NCBI GenBank assembly: GCA_963770895.1
Contig: CAVYRF010000002.1
Span: forward strand, 672,001 to 736,000
DNA: 64,000 nucleotides
Direction: 5' to 3'
From: an uncultured Acidobacteriota bacterium
GTDB lineage: Bacteria > Acidobacteriota > Thermoanaerobaculia > Multivoradales > UBA5704
The position numbers were made by a program, and so were the translations under genes. The notes below the pieces were generated by a model. The model was not told where the DNA came from, searched no databases, and worked only from the letters and a program-made list of their open reading frames with translations. Below, piece by piece: positions 8,510 to 19,343 of the stretch (its first letter is position 1; the number at the start of each line of letters is the position of its first letter).

Positions 8510-10810
8510 TTGGGTGGCTTAGACTGCTGGGCTGTGGCCTGCCGGGGTTTCGAGAGAACTTTGCTGAGAGGTATTGCCCACGCCTGGGCTCGTGGGGGGC
8601 TACGGCTTTGGGTGGTGGCGTTGGGGGGAGGGTTGGCGGCGTTGGTGGGGGGGTGGGTGTGCTTGGGGGGGGCGGCTTGGGCTGCGATGGGGGGGCGTGG
8701 GGCGTTGCTTGGGGGGGCGGGGTCGGCTGCGGTGGGGGGTGGGGTGGATGTGGTTCTGATTACGATTGATACCTGGCGGGCGGATGCGGCGGGGTTTGGG
8801 GGGCGGCGGCCTTCTCCTACTCCTTTGTTGGATCGGGTGGCGGCGGGGGGGCGGGTGTTTACGAATGCGCATGCTCACAACGTGGTGACGTTGCCTTCGC
8901 ATACCAATATCTTGACGGGGCTGTATCCCTTCCAGCATGGGGTGCGGGACAACGAGGGGTTTCGGTTGGGGGGTGGGGTGCCGACGTTGGCGACGGTGTT
9001 GCGGGGGACGGGGTATGCGACGGGGGCGTTTGTGGGGGCGTATCCGCTGGATTCGCAGTTTGGTTTGGGCCGTGGGTTTGACGTGTATGACGACCACTAT
9101 CCCAAGGGGGGGCGGGCGGACCAGTTTGTGTTCGCGGAGCGGACGGGGGACAGGGTGGTGGCTCCGGCGCTGGCGTGGTGGCGGCAGCAGCGGGGGCGGC
9201 GGCGGTTTCTGTGGGTGCACCTGTTCGATCCTCATGCTCCGTATGAGCCGGCGCCGGAGTATGCGGCGCGGTTTCCGGAGAGCCCTTATTTGGGGGAGGT
9301 GGCGGCGGCGGATGGGTATTTGCGGCCGCTTTTGGAGCCGTTTCTGGCGGGTGCGGAGCCGCCGGCCTTGATCTTGATCACCGGCGACCATGGCGAGTCG
9401 CTGGGGGAGCATGGCGAGGAGACGCACGGGCTGTTTGCGTACGAATCGACGCTGCATATCCCGCTGGTGATCTGGGGGCGGGGGGTGGTGCCGGGGCGGG
9501 ATGGGCGGGCGGCGCGGCATGTGGATATCTTCCCCACGGTGCTGGCGGCGGCCGGCCTGGTGGGCGCGCGGGCGCCGGCGGGGATGGCGCGGCCGGGGCG
9601 GTCGCTGCTGGCGCCGGCGGCTGTCGACGGCCCGCAGGGGGTGGGCGCCGCGGGGGACTCGTACTTCGAGGCTCTGTCGGCAACGTACAACCGCGGCTGG
9701 GCGCCGCTGCGCGGGATCCTGCGGGCGGGGCGCAAGCTGATCGCGCTGCCCCTGCCGGAGCTGTACGACCTGCCGCACGATCCTGGGGAAATGGACAACC
9801 TGGAGGGGCGCGAGCGGCCGCTGGCGCGGTCGCTGGCGGCGCGGCTGCCGCGCGAGTCGGCCTGGCCGCCCGAGCGGCCGCGGCCGACGGCTGCCGAAGA
9901 CAAGAACCTGCGCAGCCTGGGCTATGCCGGCGGCTCGGCGCCGGTGCGGCAGAGCTACGGGCCGGACGACGACCCCAAGCGGCTGATCGGCCTCGATCGC
10001 GAGATCCATGCGGTGATCGACCTCTATCAGCGCGGCAAACCGGGCGAAGCGGCGACGCTGGCGGCCAAGCTGGTGGCGGCGCGGCCGGGCATGCCCCTGG
10101 GCCACTCCCTGCTGGCGGAGGCGCTGCTGCAGAGCGGCCACAAGCGGGAGGCGCTGGCGGCGATGGTGGACGCACGCCAGCATGGGGTGGCGTCGGACGA
10201 CCTGCTCTGCCAGCTGGGACTGACGCTGGCTGAGCTGGGGCGGCCGGAAGAGGGCGTGGCGGTGCTGCAGCCGCTGGCCCAGCGCGGCGTGCCGCAGGCG
10301 CTGGTCGGGCTGGCGCAGGCGCTGTCGGACGCCGGCCGGCAGGATGACGCCGCGGCGGCCCTGGCGCGCGACCTGGCCGCCGAGCCCGACGATGCCGCCG
10401 CCTATGAAGAGATGGCGATGGTCGAGCTGCGCCGCGGCCGGTGGACGGCGGCGCGCGACAGCTGCGACCGCGCGCTCAAGCTCAACGACCGCCTGCCGCG
10501 CGCCTGGAACGATCTGGGCGTCGCGCGCTTCCAGCTGGGAGACGCCGGCGGCGCGGTGGACGCCTGGCGGCGCGCCGTCGACCTGGACGACACGCTGCTC
10601 GACGCGCTGTGGAACCTGGGCCTGCACGCCGCCGCCGTGGGCCGCCCCGCCGACAGCCGCCGCGCCCTGGCCCGCTTCCTCGACCTGGCCCCCGACGCCG
10701 GCTACCGCGACGACCGCGAAAAAGCCCGCCACCTGCTGCGCGCGCTGGACCAAGCCGCCCCCGACGCGCCCGCCCACCCCCCCGGCCCCGGCGGCGGGCG
10801 CCACCGATGA
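8510..10810 (+). CDS. Sulfatase-like (alkaline phosphatase superfamily) hydrolase/transferase with C-terminal TPRs
   Basis: LITIDTWRAD, TLPSHTNILTG, WVHLFDPHAPY, GDHGESLGEHGE, then TPR helices. Start codon uncertain. Confidence 0.88.
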   Translation: MGGLDCWAVACRGFERTLLRGIAHAWARGGLRLWVVALGGGLAALVGGWVCLGGAAWAAMGGRGALLGGAGSAAVGGGVDVVLITIDTWRADAAGFGGRRPSPTPLLDRVAAGGRVFTNAHAHNVVTLPSHTNILTGLYPFQHGVRDNEGFRLGGGVPTLATVLRGTGYATGAFVGAYPLDSQFGLGRGFDVYDDHYPKGGRADQFVFAERTGDRVVAPALAWWRQQRGRRRFLWVHLFDPHAPYEPAPEYAARFPESPYLGEVAAADGYLRPLLEPFLAGAEPPALILITGDHGESLGEHGEETHGLFAYESTLHIPLVIWGRGVVPGRDGRAARHVDIFPTVLAAAGLVGARAPAGMARPGRSLLAPAAVDGPQGVGAAGDSYFEALSATYNRGWAPLRGILRAGRKLIALPLPELYDLPHDPGEMDNLEGRERPLARSLAARLPRESAWPPERPRPTAAEDKNLRSLGYAGGSAPVRQSYGPDDDPKRLIGLDREIHAVIDLYQRGKPGEAATLAAKLVAARPGMPLGHSLLAEALLQSGHKREALAAMVDARQHGVASDDLLCQLGLTLAELGRPEEGVAVLQPLAQRGVPQALVGLAQALSDAGRQDDAAAALARDLAAEPDDAAAYEEMAMVELRRGRWTAARDSCDRALKLNDRLPRAWNDLGVARFQLGDAGGAVDAWRRAVDLDDTLLDALWNLGLHAAAVGRPADSRRALARFLDLAPDAGYRDDREKARHLLRALDQAAPDAPAHPPGPGGGRHR

Positions 10811-13200
10811 CCTTCCGGCGGCGCCCTGCCAGCGGCACGACCGCAGCTGCGGCCTCCGCCGGCATGACCGCGCCATGCACCGCCCGGCCTGGCGGCGGGC
10901 GCGGCGGCGCCGGCACGCGGCGCCGGCACGCGGCCTGGACGAAGGCCAAAACCGGCGTGGCGGCCGTCACTGCCCCGGCCGCGGCAATCGCCATTCTCGT
11001 GGTCATCGCCGCGATCGGCGCCACCGGCTGCCGCCGCGGCAGCGCGCCGGCCCCGGGCGCGGCCGGCGCCGGCGCGACGCTCCGCGTGCCGGCGGCGACG
11101 CCCATCGTGCTGATCTCGATCGATACGCTGCGCGCCGACCACCTGCCGGCTTACGGCTACCGCGGGGTCGAGACGCCGGCGATCGACCGGCTGCGGCGCG
11201 ATGCGATCCTGTTTACCCGCGCGTACAGCCATACGCCGCTGACCCTGCCGTCGCACACCACGCTGCTGACCGGGCTGCTGCCGGCGGCGACCGGGGTGCG
11301 CGACAACGTCGGGTACACGCTGGACGCGGCGCGCGTCGCGAGCGGCGAGCTGCCGTTCTTGCCGCAGACGCTCAAGCAGCACGGCTACGCCACCGGCGCC
11401 GCGGTGTCGGCGTACGTGCTGCACGCCAGGACGGGACTGGCCACCGGCTTCGACTTCTACGAGGATTCGATCGAGTTTCGCACCGGCACGGGCCTGGCCG
11501 GCCTGCAGCGGCCGGGCGACGAGACGCTGCGCCTGGCGCTGCCCTGGCTGCGCGGCGCGGCGGCGGCGCCGGCGCGGCCGTTTTTCTTCTTCTTTCACAT
11601 CTACGAGCCGCACGCCCCCTACGAGCCGCCCGAGCCCTACGCCTCGCGCTACCCGCTCAAGTACGACGGCGAGATCGCCACCGCCGACGCGATCGTCGGC
11701 AAGCTCCTGGCCGAGCTGAAAACGCTGGGCGCCTACGACCGCGCGGTGATCGTGCTGCTGTCGGATCACGGCGAGGGGCTGGGCGACCACGGCGAGGACG
11801 AGCACGGCGTGCTGCTGTACAACGAAGCGATCCACGTGCCGCTGCTGCTCAAGCTGCCGGGCGCCCAATTGGCCGGCCGCACCGCCGGCAGCCCCGCCGG
11901 CCTGATCGACGTGGCGCCCACCCTGCTGTCGCTGCTCGGCCTGCCGGTGCCGGCGGCGCTCCCCGGCGTGTCGCTGCTCAGCCTGCTGCCCGACCGCGGC
12001 GTCTATGGCGAGACGTTCTATCCCCGGCTGCACTTCGGCTGGAGCGACCTGGCCTCGCTGGTCGGGCCGCGCTATCACTACATCGACGGCCCGGACCCCG
12101 AGCTGTACGACCTGCAACAGGACCCGCGCGAGTCCCGCAACCTGCTGCTCGCCGAGCGCCGCGTCGCCGCCGGCATGCGCCGCGACCTGGCGACCTACGA
12201 CCGCCGGCTGGCGCCGCCGGCGGCGGTCGACCCGGCGACCCGCCAGGCGATGGCGGCGCTGGGCTACGTCGGGCGCACCGGCAGCGCCGACTCCGCCGGC
12301 GCCGGCGGACCGCTGCCCGATCCCAAGAGCCGCCTGCCCGCGTTGCGCCAGCTCAAGCAGGGCTTTGCCGCCACCGCGCGCCACGACGCCACCGGCGCCG
12401 CCGCCATCTTCACCCGCCTGGTCGCGGTCAACCCCCAGATGGCCGACGCCTGGGAGTTCCTGGGCCGCGCGCGCGAGCAGCTGGGCGACCCCCAAGGGGC
12501 GCTCGCGGCCTACGCCCGGGCGCTGCGCATCGACCCCGCCGCCGCGCCGGTGGCGCTGGCCGCCGCCGCGCTCTACCTCGATCTCGGCCAGCTCGACGAC
12601 GCCACGGTCCACGCCCGGATGGCGGCCGCCGGCGCCCCCACCTCCGCCCATGCCCTGCTCGCCCAGATCGCCATGCGGCGCGGCGACCTGGACGGCGCCG
12701 AGCGCGAGGCGCACGCGGCGCAGGACGACCAGGGGCGGCGGATCGCGCCGATGGTGATCCTGGCCGAGGTGCTGCACGCCCGCCACCGCTACGACGAGGC
12801 GCTGGCGGAGACCGGCCGTGCCGAGCGCGCCTACGCCGAGCGCGGCGCCAAGGACCCGCAGCTGATCCAGGGGCTGGCGCTGGTGCGCGGCAAGACGCTG
12901 GCCGACCTGGGCGACGCAGCGGGAGCCGAGGCCGCCTTCAAGCAGGAGATCGAACGCTTCCCCACCGACCTGCGGGCCTATCCCAACCTGGCGATCCTGT
13001 ACGCCCTGACCGGCCGCGCCGGCGCCGCGAGCGCCGTCCTGGAGCGCATGGTCGCCGCCCGCCCGTCCGGCGCCGCCTACGCCGAGGCGGTGCGCACCCT
13101 GCGCGTGCTGCGCGATCCCGCCGGCGCCGCGGCGGTGCTGCGCCTCGGCCTCGCCCGATACCCCAAGGACGAGCAGCTGCACGAGCTCGCCAAGCCCTGA
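10807..13200 (+). CDS. Second sulfatase-like/TPR protein (paralogue, possible lipoprotein)
   Basis: LISIDTLRADH, TLPSHTTLLTG, HIYEPHAPY, SDHGEGLGDHGE, TPRs. ATGA overlap with the upstream stop; lipobox-like ATGC after a hydrophobic stretch. Confidence 0.88.
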   Translation: MTFRRRPASGTTAAAASAGMTAPCTARPGGGRGGAGTRRRHAAWTKAKTGVAAVTAPAAAIAILVVIAAIGATGCRRGSAPAPGAAGAGATLRVPAATPIVLISIDTLRADHLPAYGYRGVETPAIDRLRRDAILFTRAYSHTPLTLPSHTTLLTGLLPAATGVRDNVGYTLDAARVASGELPFLPQTLKQHGYATGAAVSAYVLHARTGLATGFDFYEDSIEFRTGTGLAGLQRPGDETLRLALPWLRGAAAAPARPFFFFFHIYEPHAPYEPPEPYASRYPLKYDGEIATADAIVGKLLAELKTLGAYDRAVIVLLSDHGEGLGDHGEDEHGVLLYNEAIHVPLLLKLPGAQLAGRTAGSPAGLIDVAPTLLSLLGLPVPAALPGVSLLSLLPDRGVYGETFYPRLHFGWSDLASLVGPRYHYIDGPDPELYDLQQDPRESRNLLLAERRVAAGMRRDLATYDRRLAPPAAVDPATRQAMAALGYVGRTGSADSAGAGGPLPDPKSRLPALRQLKQGFAATARHDATGAAAIFTRLVAVNPQMADAWEFLGRAREQLGDPQGALAAYARALRIDPAAAPVALAAAALYLDLGQLDDATVHARMAAAGAPTSAHALLAQIAMRRGDLDGAEREAHAAQDDQGRRIAPMVILAEVLHARHRYDEALAETGRAERAYAERGAKDPQLIQGLALVRGKTLADLGDAAGAEAAFKQEIERFPTDLRAYPNLAILYALTGRAGAASAVLERMVAARPSGAAYAEAVRTLRVLRDPAGAAAVLRLGLARYPKDEQLHELAKP

Positions 13201-13302
13201 GGGAAACTTTCGCCGCCGCCGCGGGTTACGGTGCGTGGCGGGCGGCACCGCGCCGCGGGCGCCCCCGCCTTCGCCTGGTCCGCTGCTGCCGAGAGGGATG
13301 AG

Positions 13303-14637
13303 ATGTCCAAAATGGCCTGGTCGGTTGGGGCGGCGGTCGTCGCCGCCGGGATCGGCGGCGCGCTCTACCTGACGCGCACCAAACAGGAGGCGCCCAAGTA
13401 CCGCTCGACGCCGGTCGATCGCGGCACCGTCACCGCGACCGTGACGGCCACCGGCACGCTGTCGGCGGTGACCACGGTCGCCATCGGCAGCCAGGTGTCG
13501 GGCATCATCTCCAAGCTGTACGTGGACTTCAATTCCAAGGTGAAAAAGGGCCAGCTGCTGGCCGAGCTCGACCCGACGCCGTTCATCGAAGCCGAAAACC
13601 AGCAGAAGGCGAACGTCGAAAAGGCCAGGGCCGACCTGCGGTTGTCCGAGATCACCCTGGGGCGGCAGACGCACCTGCGGGACCTGCAGCTGATCGCCGC
13701 CTCCGACTACGACACCGCCGCCGGCGCGCGCGACGACGCGGTGGCCGCGCTCAAGCAGAACGAAGCGCTGCTGCAACAGGCGGAGACCAACCTCACGTAC
13801 ACCAAGATCACGGCGCCGATCGACGGCGTGGTGGTGGACCGCGAATACAACGTCGGCCAGACCGTGGCGGCCTCGTTCCAGGCGCCGCTCATCTTTTCGA
13901 TCGCCCAGGACCTGACCAAGATGCAGGTGCTGACCAATATCGACGAATCGGACGTCGGCGGCATCCAGGTCGGCCAGCCGGCGGAGTTCACCGTCGACGC
14001 CTACCCGGATCGCACCTTCCACGGCACCGTGGCGCAGATCCGCCTGTCGACGACGACGGTGCAGAACGTCGTCACCTATCCGGTGATGATCGACGTGCCG
14101 AACCAGGACAACAAGCTGCTGCCCGGCATGACGGCCAACGTCCTGGTGCCGGTCGCGGTGCGCAAGGACACCCTGCGCGTCCCCAACGCGGCGCTGCGCT
14201 TCAAGCCCGACCCCGCGGACGTGCTCTACCCGCCGGGAGAGCAGCCCTCCCCGGCCGCCGCGGCCGCCGGGGGTGCCAGTGGCGCCGGCGCGCCCAACGG
14301 CGGTGCCGGCCCGGCCGGCCGAGGATTCCCCGACGGCGGCTCGCCATCGACCGCGGCCGGCGGCCGCTCCGGCAGCGGCGCCGGCGGCGGCGCCGCCCAC
14401 AAGACCGCGGCCAGCGGCGACCACGACGTGGTGATCTACCTGTCGCCGCCCAACAGCCGCCAGCTGCGCCCGGTGCACGTCGTCGCCTCGATCACCGACG
14501 GCACCTTCACCGCCGTGCGCTCCGCCGACCCGAAAACGCCGACCCTCAACGCCGGCGACCCGGTGGTCATCGGCCTGCAGACGGCAAAGGCCGGCAACGC
14601 CGGCGGCGGCATGCGCGGCGGCCCCCCCAGGTTCTAG
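13303..14637 (+). CDS. MacA/HlyD-family periplasmic adaptor subunit
   Basis: N-terminal TM, GSQVSGII...VKKGQLLAELD, ITAPIDGVV, GQTVAASFQAP, IDESDVG, LLPGMTA. Confidence 0.92.
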   Translation: MSKMAWSVGAAVVAAGIGGALYLTRTKQEAPKYRSTPVDRGTVTATVTATGTLSAVTTVAIGSQVSGIISKLYVDFNSKVKKGQLLAELDPTPFIEAENQQKANVEKARADLRLSEITLGRQTHLRDLQLIAASDYDTAAGARDDAVAALKQNEALLQQAETNLTYTKITAPIDGVVVDREYNVGQTVAASFQAPLIFSIAQDLTKMQVLTNIDESDVGGIQVGQPAEFTVDAYPDRTFHGTVAQIRLSTTTVQNVVTYPVMIDVPNQDNKLLPGMTANVLVPVAVRKDTLRVPNAALRFKPDPADVLYPPGEQPSPAAAAAGGASGAGAPNGGAGPAGRGFPDGGSPSTAAGGRSGSGAGGGAAHKTAASGDHDVVIYLSPPNSRQLRPVHVVASITDGTFTAVRSADPKTPTLNAGDPVVIGLQTAKAGNAGGGMRGGPPRF

Positions 14638-14641
14638 TCCA

Positions 14642-15363
<722 letters not shown>

Positions 15364-15367
<4 letters not shown>

Positions 15368-16584
15368 CCAAGTCCTCCAACATCCTCAAGGTGGCGGTGA
15401 CCGCCCTGGCCCGCAACAAGCTGCGCTCGCTGCTGACCACGCTCGGCATCATCATCGGCGTCGCCTGCGTGGTCGCCACCATCGGCATCGGCGACGGCGC
15501 CCGCATCCAGGCGGAAGACCAGCTGCGCTCGCTCGGCACCAACTTCCTGATGATCTTCCCCGGCTCGGTCACCTCGAGCGGCGCACGCGCCGGCTTTGGC
15601 GCCAGCTCCAAGCTGTCCTACGGCGACCTGGCGGCGATCCAGCGCGAAGTGCCGACCGTCAGCTACATCTCGGCCACCAACCGCACCACCCAGCAGGTGA
15701 TCTACGGCAATCAGAACTGGTCCACCTCGATCCAGGGGGCGGAGACCGACTGGCCGCTGATCCGCTCCTGGAACGTCGACCAGGGCCAGTTCTTCACCGA
15801 CCAGGACAACCGCGGCGCCAACAAGGTCTGCGTGCTCGGCAAGACCGTCGCCGACAACCTGTTCGGCAACCAGGACCCGGTGGGCAAGATCGTGCGCATC
15901 AAGAACCTGCCCTTTCGCGTCACCGGCGTGCTGGAGGCCAAGGGCGGCTCGACGATGGGACAGGACCAGGACGACACGGTGGTGGCGCCGTACGAAACGG
16001 TGCGCAAGAAGCTGCTCGGCACCACGTTCGTCGGCGGCATTCTTGCATCGGCGGTCAGCAACGACCTGGTGGAACGCGCCCAGCAGGACATCACCGCCCT
16101 GCTCCGCCAGCGCCACCGCATCGCCAGACCGAGCGACGACGACTTCATCGTCCGCACCCAGACCGAAATGCTGCAACAGGCCGAGGACCAGTCGCGCACC
16201 ATGAGCTACCTGCTGTGGTCGATCGCCGGCGTGTCGCTGCTGGTCGGCGGCATCGGCATCATGAACATCATGCTGGTGTCGGTGACCGAGCGGACGCGCG
16301 AGATCGGGGTGCGCATGGCGATCGGCGCCAAGGGCCGCGACATCCGCGCCCAATTCCTGGTCGAAGCGGTGGTGCTCGCCATCGCCGGCGGCACCCTGGG
16401 CATCGTGCTGGGCCTCGCCATCCAGAAGGGGGTCGCCCGCTTCGCCGGCTGGCCGGTCGCCATCCAGCCGCAGGCCATCGCCCTGGCGTTCGTCTTTTCG
16501 GCCCTGGTCGGCATCGCCTTCGGCTTCTACCCGGCGCTCAAGGCGTCGCGCCTCGACCCCATCGAAGCGCTGCGCTACGAATGA
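15364..16584 (+). CDS. MacB/FtsX-family ABC permease
   Basis: NKLRSLLTTLGIIIGVA, VGGIGIMNIMLVSVTERTREIG, C-terminal LDPIEALRYE. ATGA coupling to the upstream gene. Confidence 0.95.
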
Positions 16585-17762
16585 ACAGCCTGCGCGCTGG
16601 ACCGCTCGCCGGCAAGCCGGCCCGGCTGGCGCTGATCGCCGCCCTGGCCCTGGCGCTGGCGGCGGCCCTGGCGCTGGCGCTGCGGTCGTGGGCCGGCGCC
16701 GGCTCCCGCCTGCAAACGCCGCCGCCCACCGTCGCCGCGCAGATCGACGCGCTGTTCGCCCGCTTCTCGCAAGGGGCCTCGCCGGGCTGCGCCGTGGCGG
16801 TGGTCGAGCGCGGCCGCGTGGCCTACGCCCGCGGCTACGGCTTCGCCAACCTGGAGCGCCGCGTCCCCATCAGCCCGCGCACGGTGTTCGACATCGCCTC
16901 CACCTCGAAGCAGTTCACCGCCGCCTGCGTCCTGCTGCTCGCCCAGCAGCGGCGGCTGTCGCTCGACGACGACGTGCGCCGTTACGTGCCGCAGCTGCCG
17001 GCGCCGCCCGACGGCGCGGTCATCACCCTGCGCCACCTGCTCTACCACACCAGCGGCCTGCCCGATTACATCGAGCTCCTCACCAAGTCGGGCAAACACC
17101 TGCTGGACGTGACCGGCGACGCCGACGCCCTGGCGGTGCTGGCGGCCCATCCCACCCTGGAGTTCCGGCCGGGCTCGAGCTTCCACTACTCCGACTCCGG
17201 CTACTTCCTGCTCTCCCTGGTGGTTGAGCAGGTGACCGGCCAGACCCTGCGCCAGTACGCCGCCGCCAACCTGTTCGCCCCCCTCGGCATGCGCGACACC
17301 GAGTTCCTGGACGACGAAAGCCACGCCTCGCGCGAGCGCGCCGCGGCCTACGCCGTCGACGGCGACGGTGACGGCGGCAGTGGCGCCCGTTTTCGCCGCG
17401 ACGAATCCAACTGGAACCAGACCGGCGACGGCGCCGTCAACACCACCGTCCTGGACCTGGCGAAATGGGACGACAACTTCTACACCGGCGCGGTCGGCGG
17501 CAAGCAGCTGGTCGCCGCCCTGATGACCCCCGGCACCCTCGACAACGGCCATCCCCTCTCCTATGCCGGCGGCCTCACCCTGGACGACTACCGCGGCCAG
17601 CGCCGCGTCCGCCACGCCGGCAGCTGGGTCGGCTACAGCGCCGAGCTGATGCGCCTGCCCGACCGCCGCCTCTCCGTCATCACCCTCTGCAACCTCGGCA
17701 ACGCCAACCCCACCGACCTCTGCCAGCAGATCGCCGACCTCTACCTCGACCCGCCGCGCTAG
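16581..17762 (+). CDS. Serine hydrolase, beta-lactamase class C / D-aminopeptidase-like
   Basis: SxxK (ASTSKQFTA), LLYHTSGL, FHYSDSGY, HAG triad, N-terminal signal/TM. ATGA coupling. Confidence 0.88.
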   Translation: MNSLRAGPLAGKPARLALIAALALALAAALALALRSWAGAGSRLQTPPPTVAAQIDALFARFSQGASPGCAVAVVERGRVAYARGYGFANLERRVPISPRTVFDIASTSKQFTAACVLLLAQQRRLSLDDDVRRYVPQLPAPPDGAVITLRHLLYHTSGLPDYIELLTKSGKHLLDVTGDADALAVLAAHPTLEFRPGSSFHYSDSGYFLLSLVVEQVTGQTLRQYAAANLFAPLGMRDTEFLDDESHASRERAAAYAVDGDGDGGSGARFRRDESNWNQTGDGAVNTTVLDLAKWDDNFYTGAVGGKQLVAALMTPGTLDNGHPLSYAGGLTLDDYRGQRRVRHAGSWVGYSAELMRLPDRRLSVITLCNLGNANPTDLCQQIADLYLDPPR

Positions 17763-17788
17763 ATAGTGGCCGGTTTCGGCCGCGGCGC

Positions 17789-17815
17789 GTAACCTCCTGC
17801 GGCGGCGCCGGTATT
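17789..17815 (+). promoter_or_regulatory. Candidate ECF-type autoregulatory promoter
   Basis: GTAACC (-35 AAC) followed 15 nt later by GGTATT, just upstream of the ECF sigma start. Confidence 0.35.
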
Positions 17816-17816
17816 C

Positions 17817-18404
17817 GTGGATATGCTGGCGATCTTGCACGAACCCATGGGCGAGCAACCCGACACCGAGCTGATGCTGCGCGTGCGCGACGGCGACCTG
17901 GTGCAGCTGGGGGTGCTGTTCGAGCGCAATCACGTGGGGCTGTTCAATTTCTTCCTGCGCCTGACCGGGAGCCGGCAGCTGAGCGACGACCTGGTGCAGG
18001 AAGTGTTCATCCGCATCCTCAAGTACCGCAAGACGTTCCGCCCTCCCGGCGAGTTTCGACCCTGGCTGTACAAGCTGGCGCGCAACGCCGCGGCCGCCCA
18101 CTTCCGCAAACACCGGCATGAAGGACCTGCGCCGGCCGAAGTCGAAGAGCGCCAGGCCGACAGCCCGCTGCCGTGGGCGGAGATGGAGCGGGAGCAGAGC
18201 GCGCGGCTGCTGCGCAAGGCCCTGCTGCAGCTGCCGTACGAGCGCCGCGAGGTGCTGCTGCTCAGCCGCTTCGGCGAGCTGCGCTACGACGAGATCGCCG
18301 AGCTGCTGGCGTGCAGCGTCGGCGCGGTGAAGCTGCGCGTGCACCGCGCCGTCAAGAACCTGCGGGAGATTTACGACGAGATGGCCAGGAGGACTTCGCG
18401 ATGA
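17817..18404 (+). CDS. ECF RNA polymerase sigma factor
   Basis: Region 2 SDDLVQEVFIRI...FRPWLYKLARN; region 4 RREVLLL...YDEIAELL..SVGAVKLRVHRA. Confidence 0.93.
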   Translation: MDMLAILHEPMGEQPDTELMLRVRDGDLVQLGVLFERNHVGLFNFFLRLTGSRQLSDDLVQEVFIRILKYRKTFRPPGEFRPWLYKLARNAAAAHFRKHRHEGPAPAEVEERQADSPLPWAEMEREQSARLLRKALLQLPYERREVLLLSRFGELRYDEIAELLACSVGAVKLRVHRAVKNLREIYDEMARRTSR

Positions 18405-19300
18405 ACTGCAACCAGGCGATCGACCTGATGACGGAATCGCTGACGGCACCGCTGGCAGCGCCGGCCGCGGCGGAGCTGGCGGCCCACGTGGCGACCTGCG
18501 ACGCCTGCCGCGCCGAAGCGGCGGCGCAGCGGCGGACGTGGGACCAGCTGGCACGGCTGCCCGAGGAGCTGCCCGGCGACCAGGCACGCCAGCGCTTCGC
18601 GGCGATGCTCGCGCCGCACCTGGCGCGCCACCCGGCGAGCGCCTCCGGCGGCCGCCCGCGGCGTCTGCTGACCCGGCTGCTGGTGCCGCTGGCGCCGCTC
18701 GAAGAGTGGCTGGCGTGGCGCCTCCCCCGCAGCCCGCTGGCCCAGCTCGCGACGGCAGCCGCCGCGGTGGCGATCGGCATCTGGATCGGCGCCGCCGCGA
18801 CCCGGCCTGCCGGCCATGCCGCCAATGCCGCCAACATCGGCAACGCCGGCAACAGCGCCGGCGCCGCCCCCGGCAGCGAGATCGGCGCGCTGCGCCAGGA
18901 GGTCCACTCCCTGTCGCAGCTCGTCACCCTGTCGCTGCTCAAGCAGGATTCGGCCAGCGAGCGGCTGCGCGGCGTGAGCTTCGGGCGCCAGGCAGGCGGC
19001 GACGACCAACGGGTGCTCGAAGCGCTGCTCGACACGCTCGCCCGCGATCGCGACGTCAACGTGCGGCTGGCGGCGGTGGACGCCCTGGCTCCCACCGTCG
19101 GCCGGCCGATGGTGCGCGACCAGCTGCTGCGGCAGGTGGGGACGCAGAGCTCGCCGATGGTGCAGATCGCCCTCATCGACGTGCTGCTCGCCCACGACCG
19201 CCAGGGCTCGCGCCCGCGCCTGCTCGAGCTGGCCGCGGCGCCCGGGCTCGATCCGCTGGTGCGCGACTACCTGCGCTCACGCCTGCACCCCATCACCTGA
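18401..19300 (+). CDS. Anti-sigma factor (zf-HC2 zinc finger, TM, HEAT-repeat domain)
   Basis: MNC...HVATCDAC zinc motif, one TM, then SASERLRGV and DRDVNVRLAAVDAL HEAT repeats. ATGA coupling to the sigma gene. Confidence 0.88.
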   Translation: MNCNQAIDLMTESLTAPLAAPAAAELAAHVATCDACRAEAAAQRRTWDQLARLPEELPGDQARQRFAAMLAPHLARHPASASGGRPRRLLTRLLVPLAPLEEWLAWRLPRSPLAQLATAAAAVAIGIWIGAAATRPAGHAANAANIGNAGNSAGAAPGSEIGALRQEVHSLSQLVTLSLLKQDSASERLRGVSFGRQAGGDDQRVLEALLDTLARDRDVNVRLAAVDALAPTVGRPMVRDQLLRQVGTQSSPMVQIALIDVLLAHDRQGSRPRLLELAAAPGLDPLVRDYLRSRLHPIT

Positions 19301-19343
19301 GCGCCCTGAGCGGCCAAGCTCGGACAATCCCAGGAGGAGTCCC

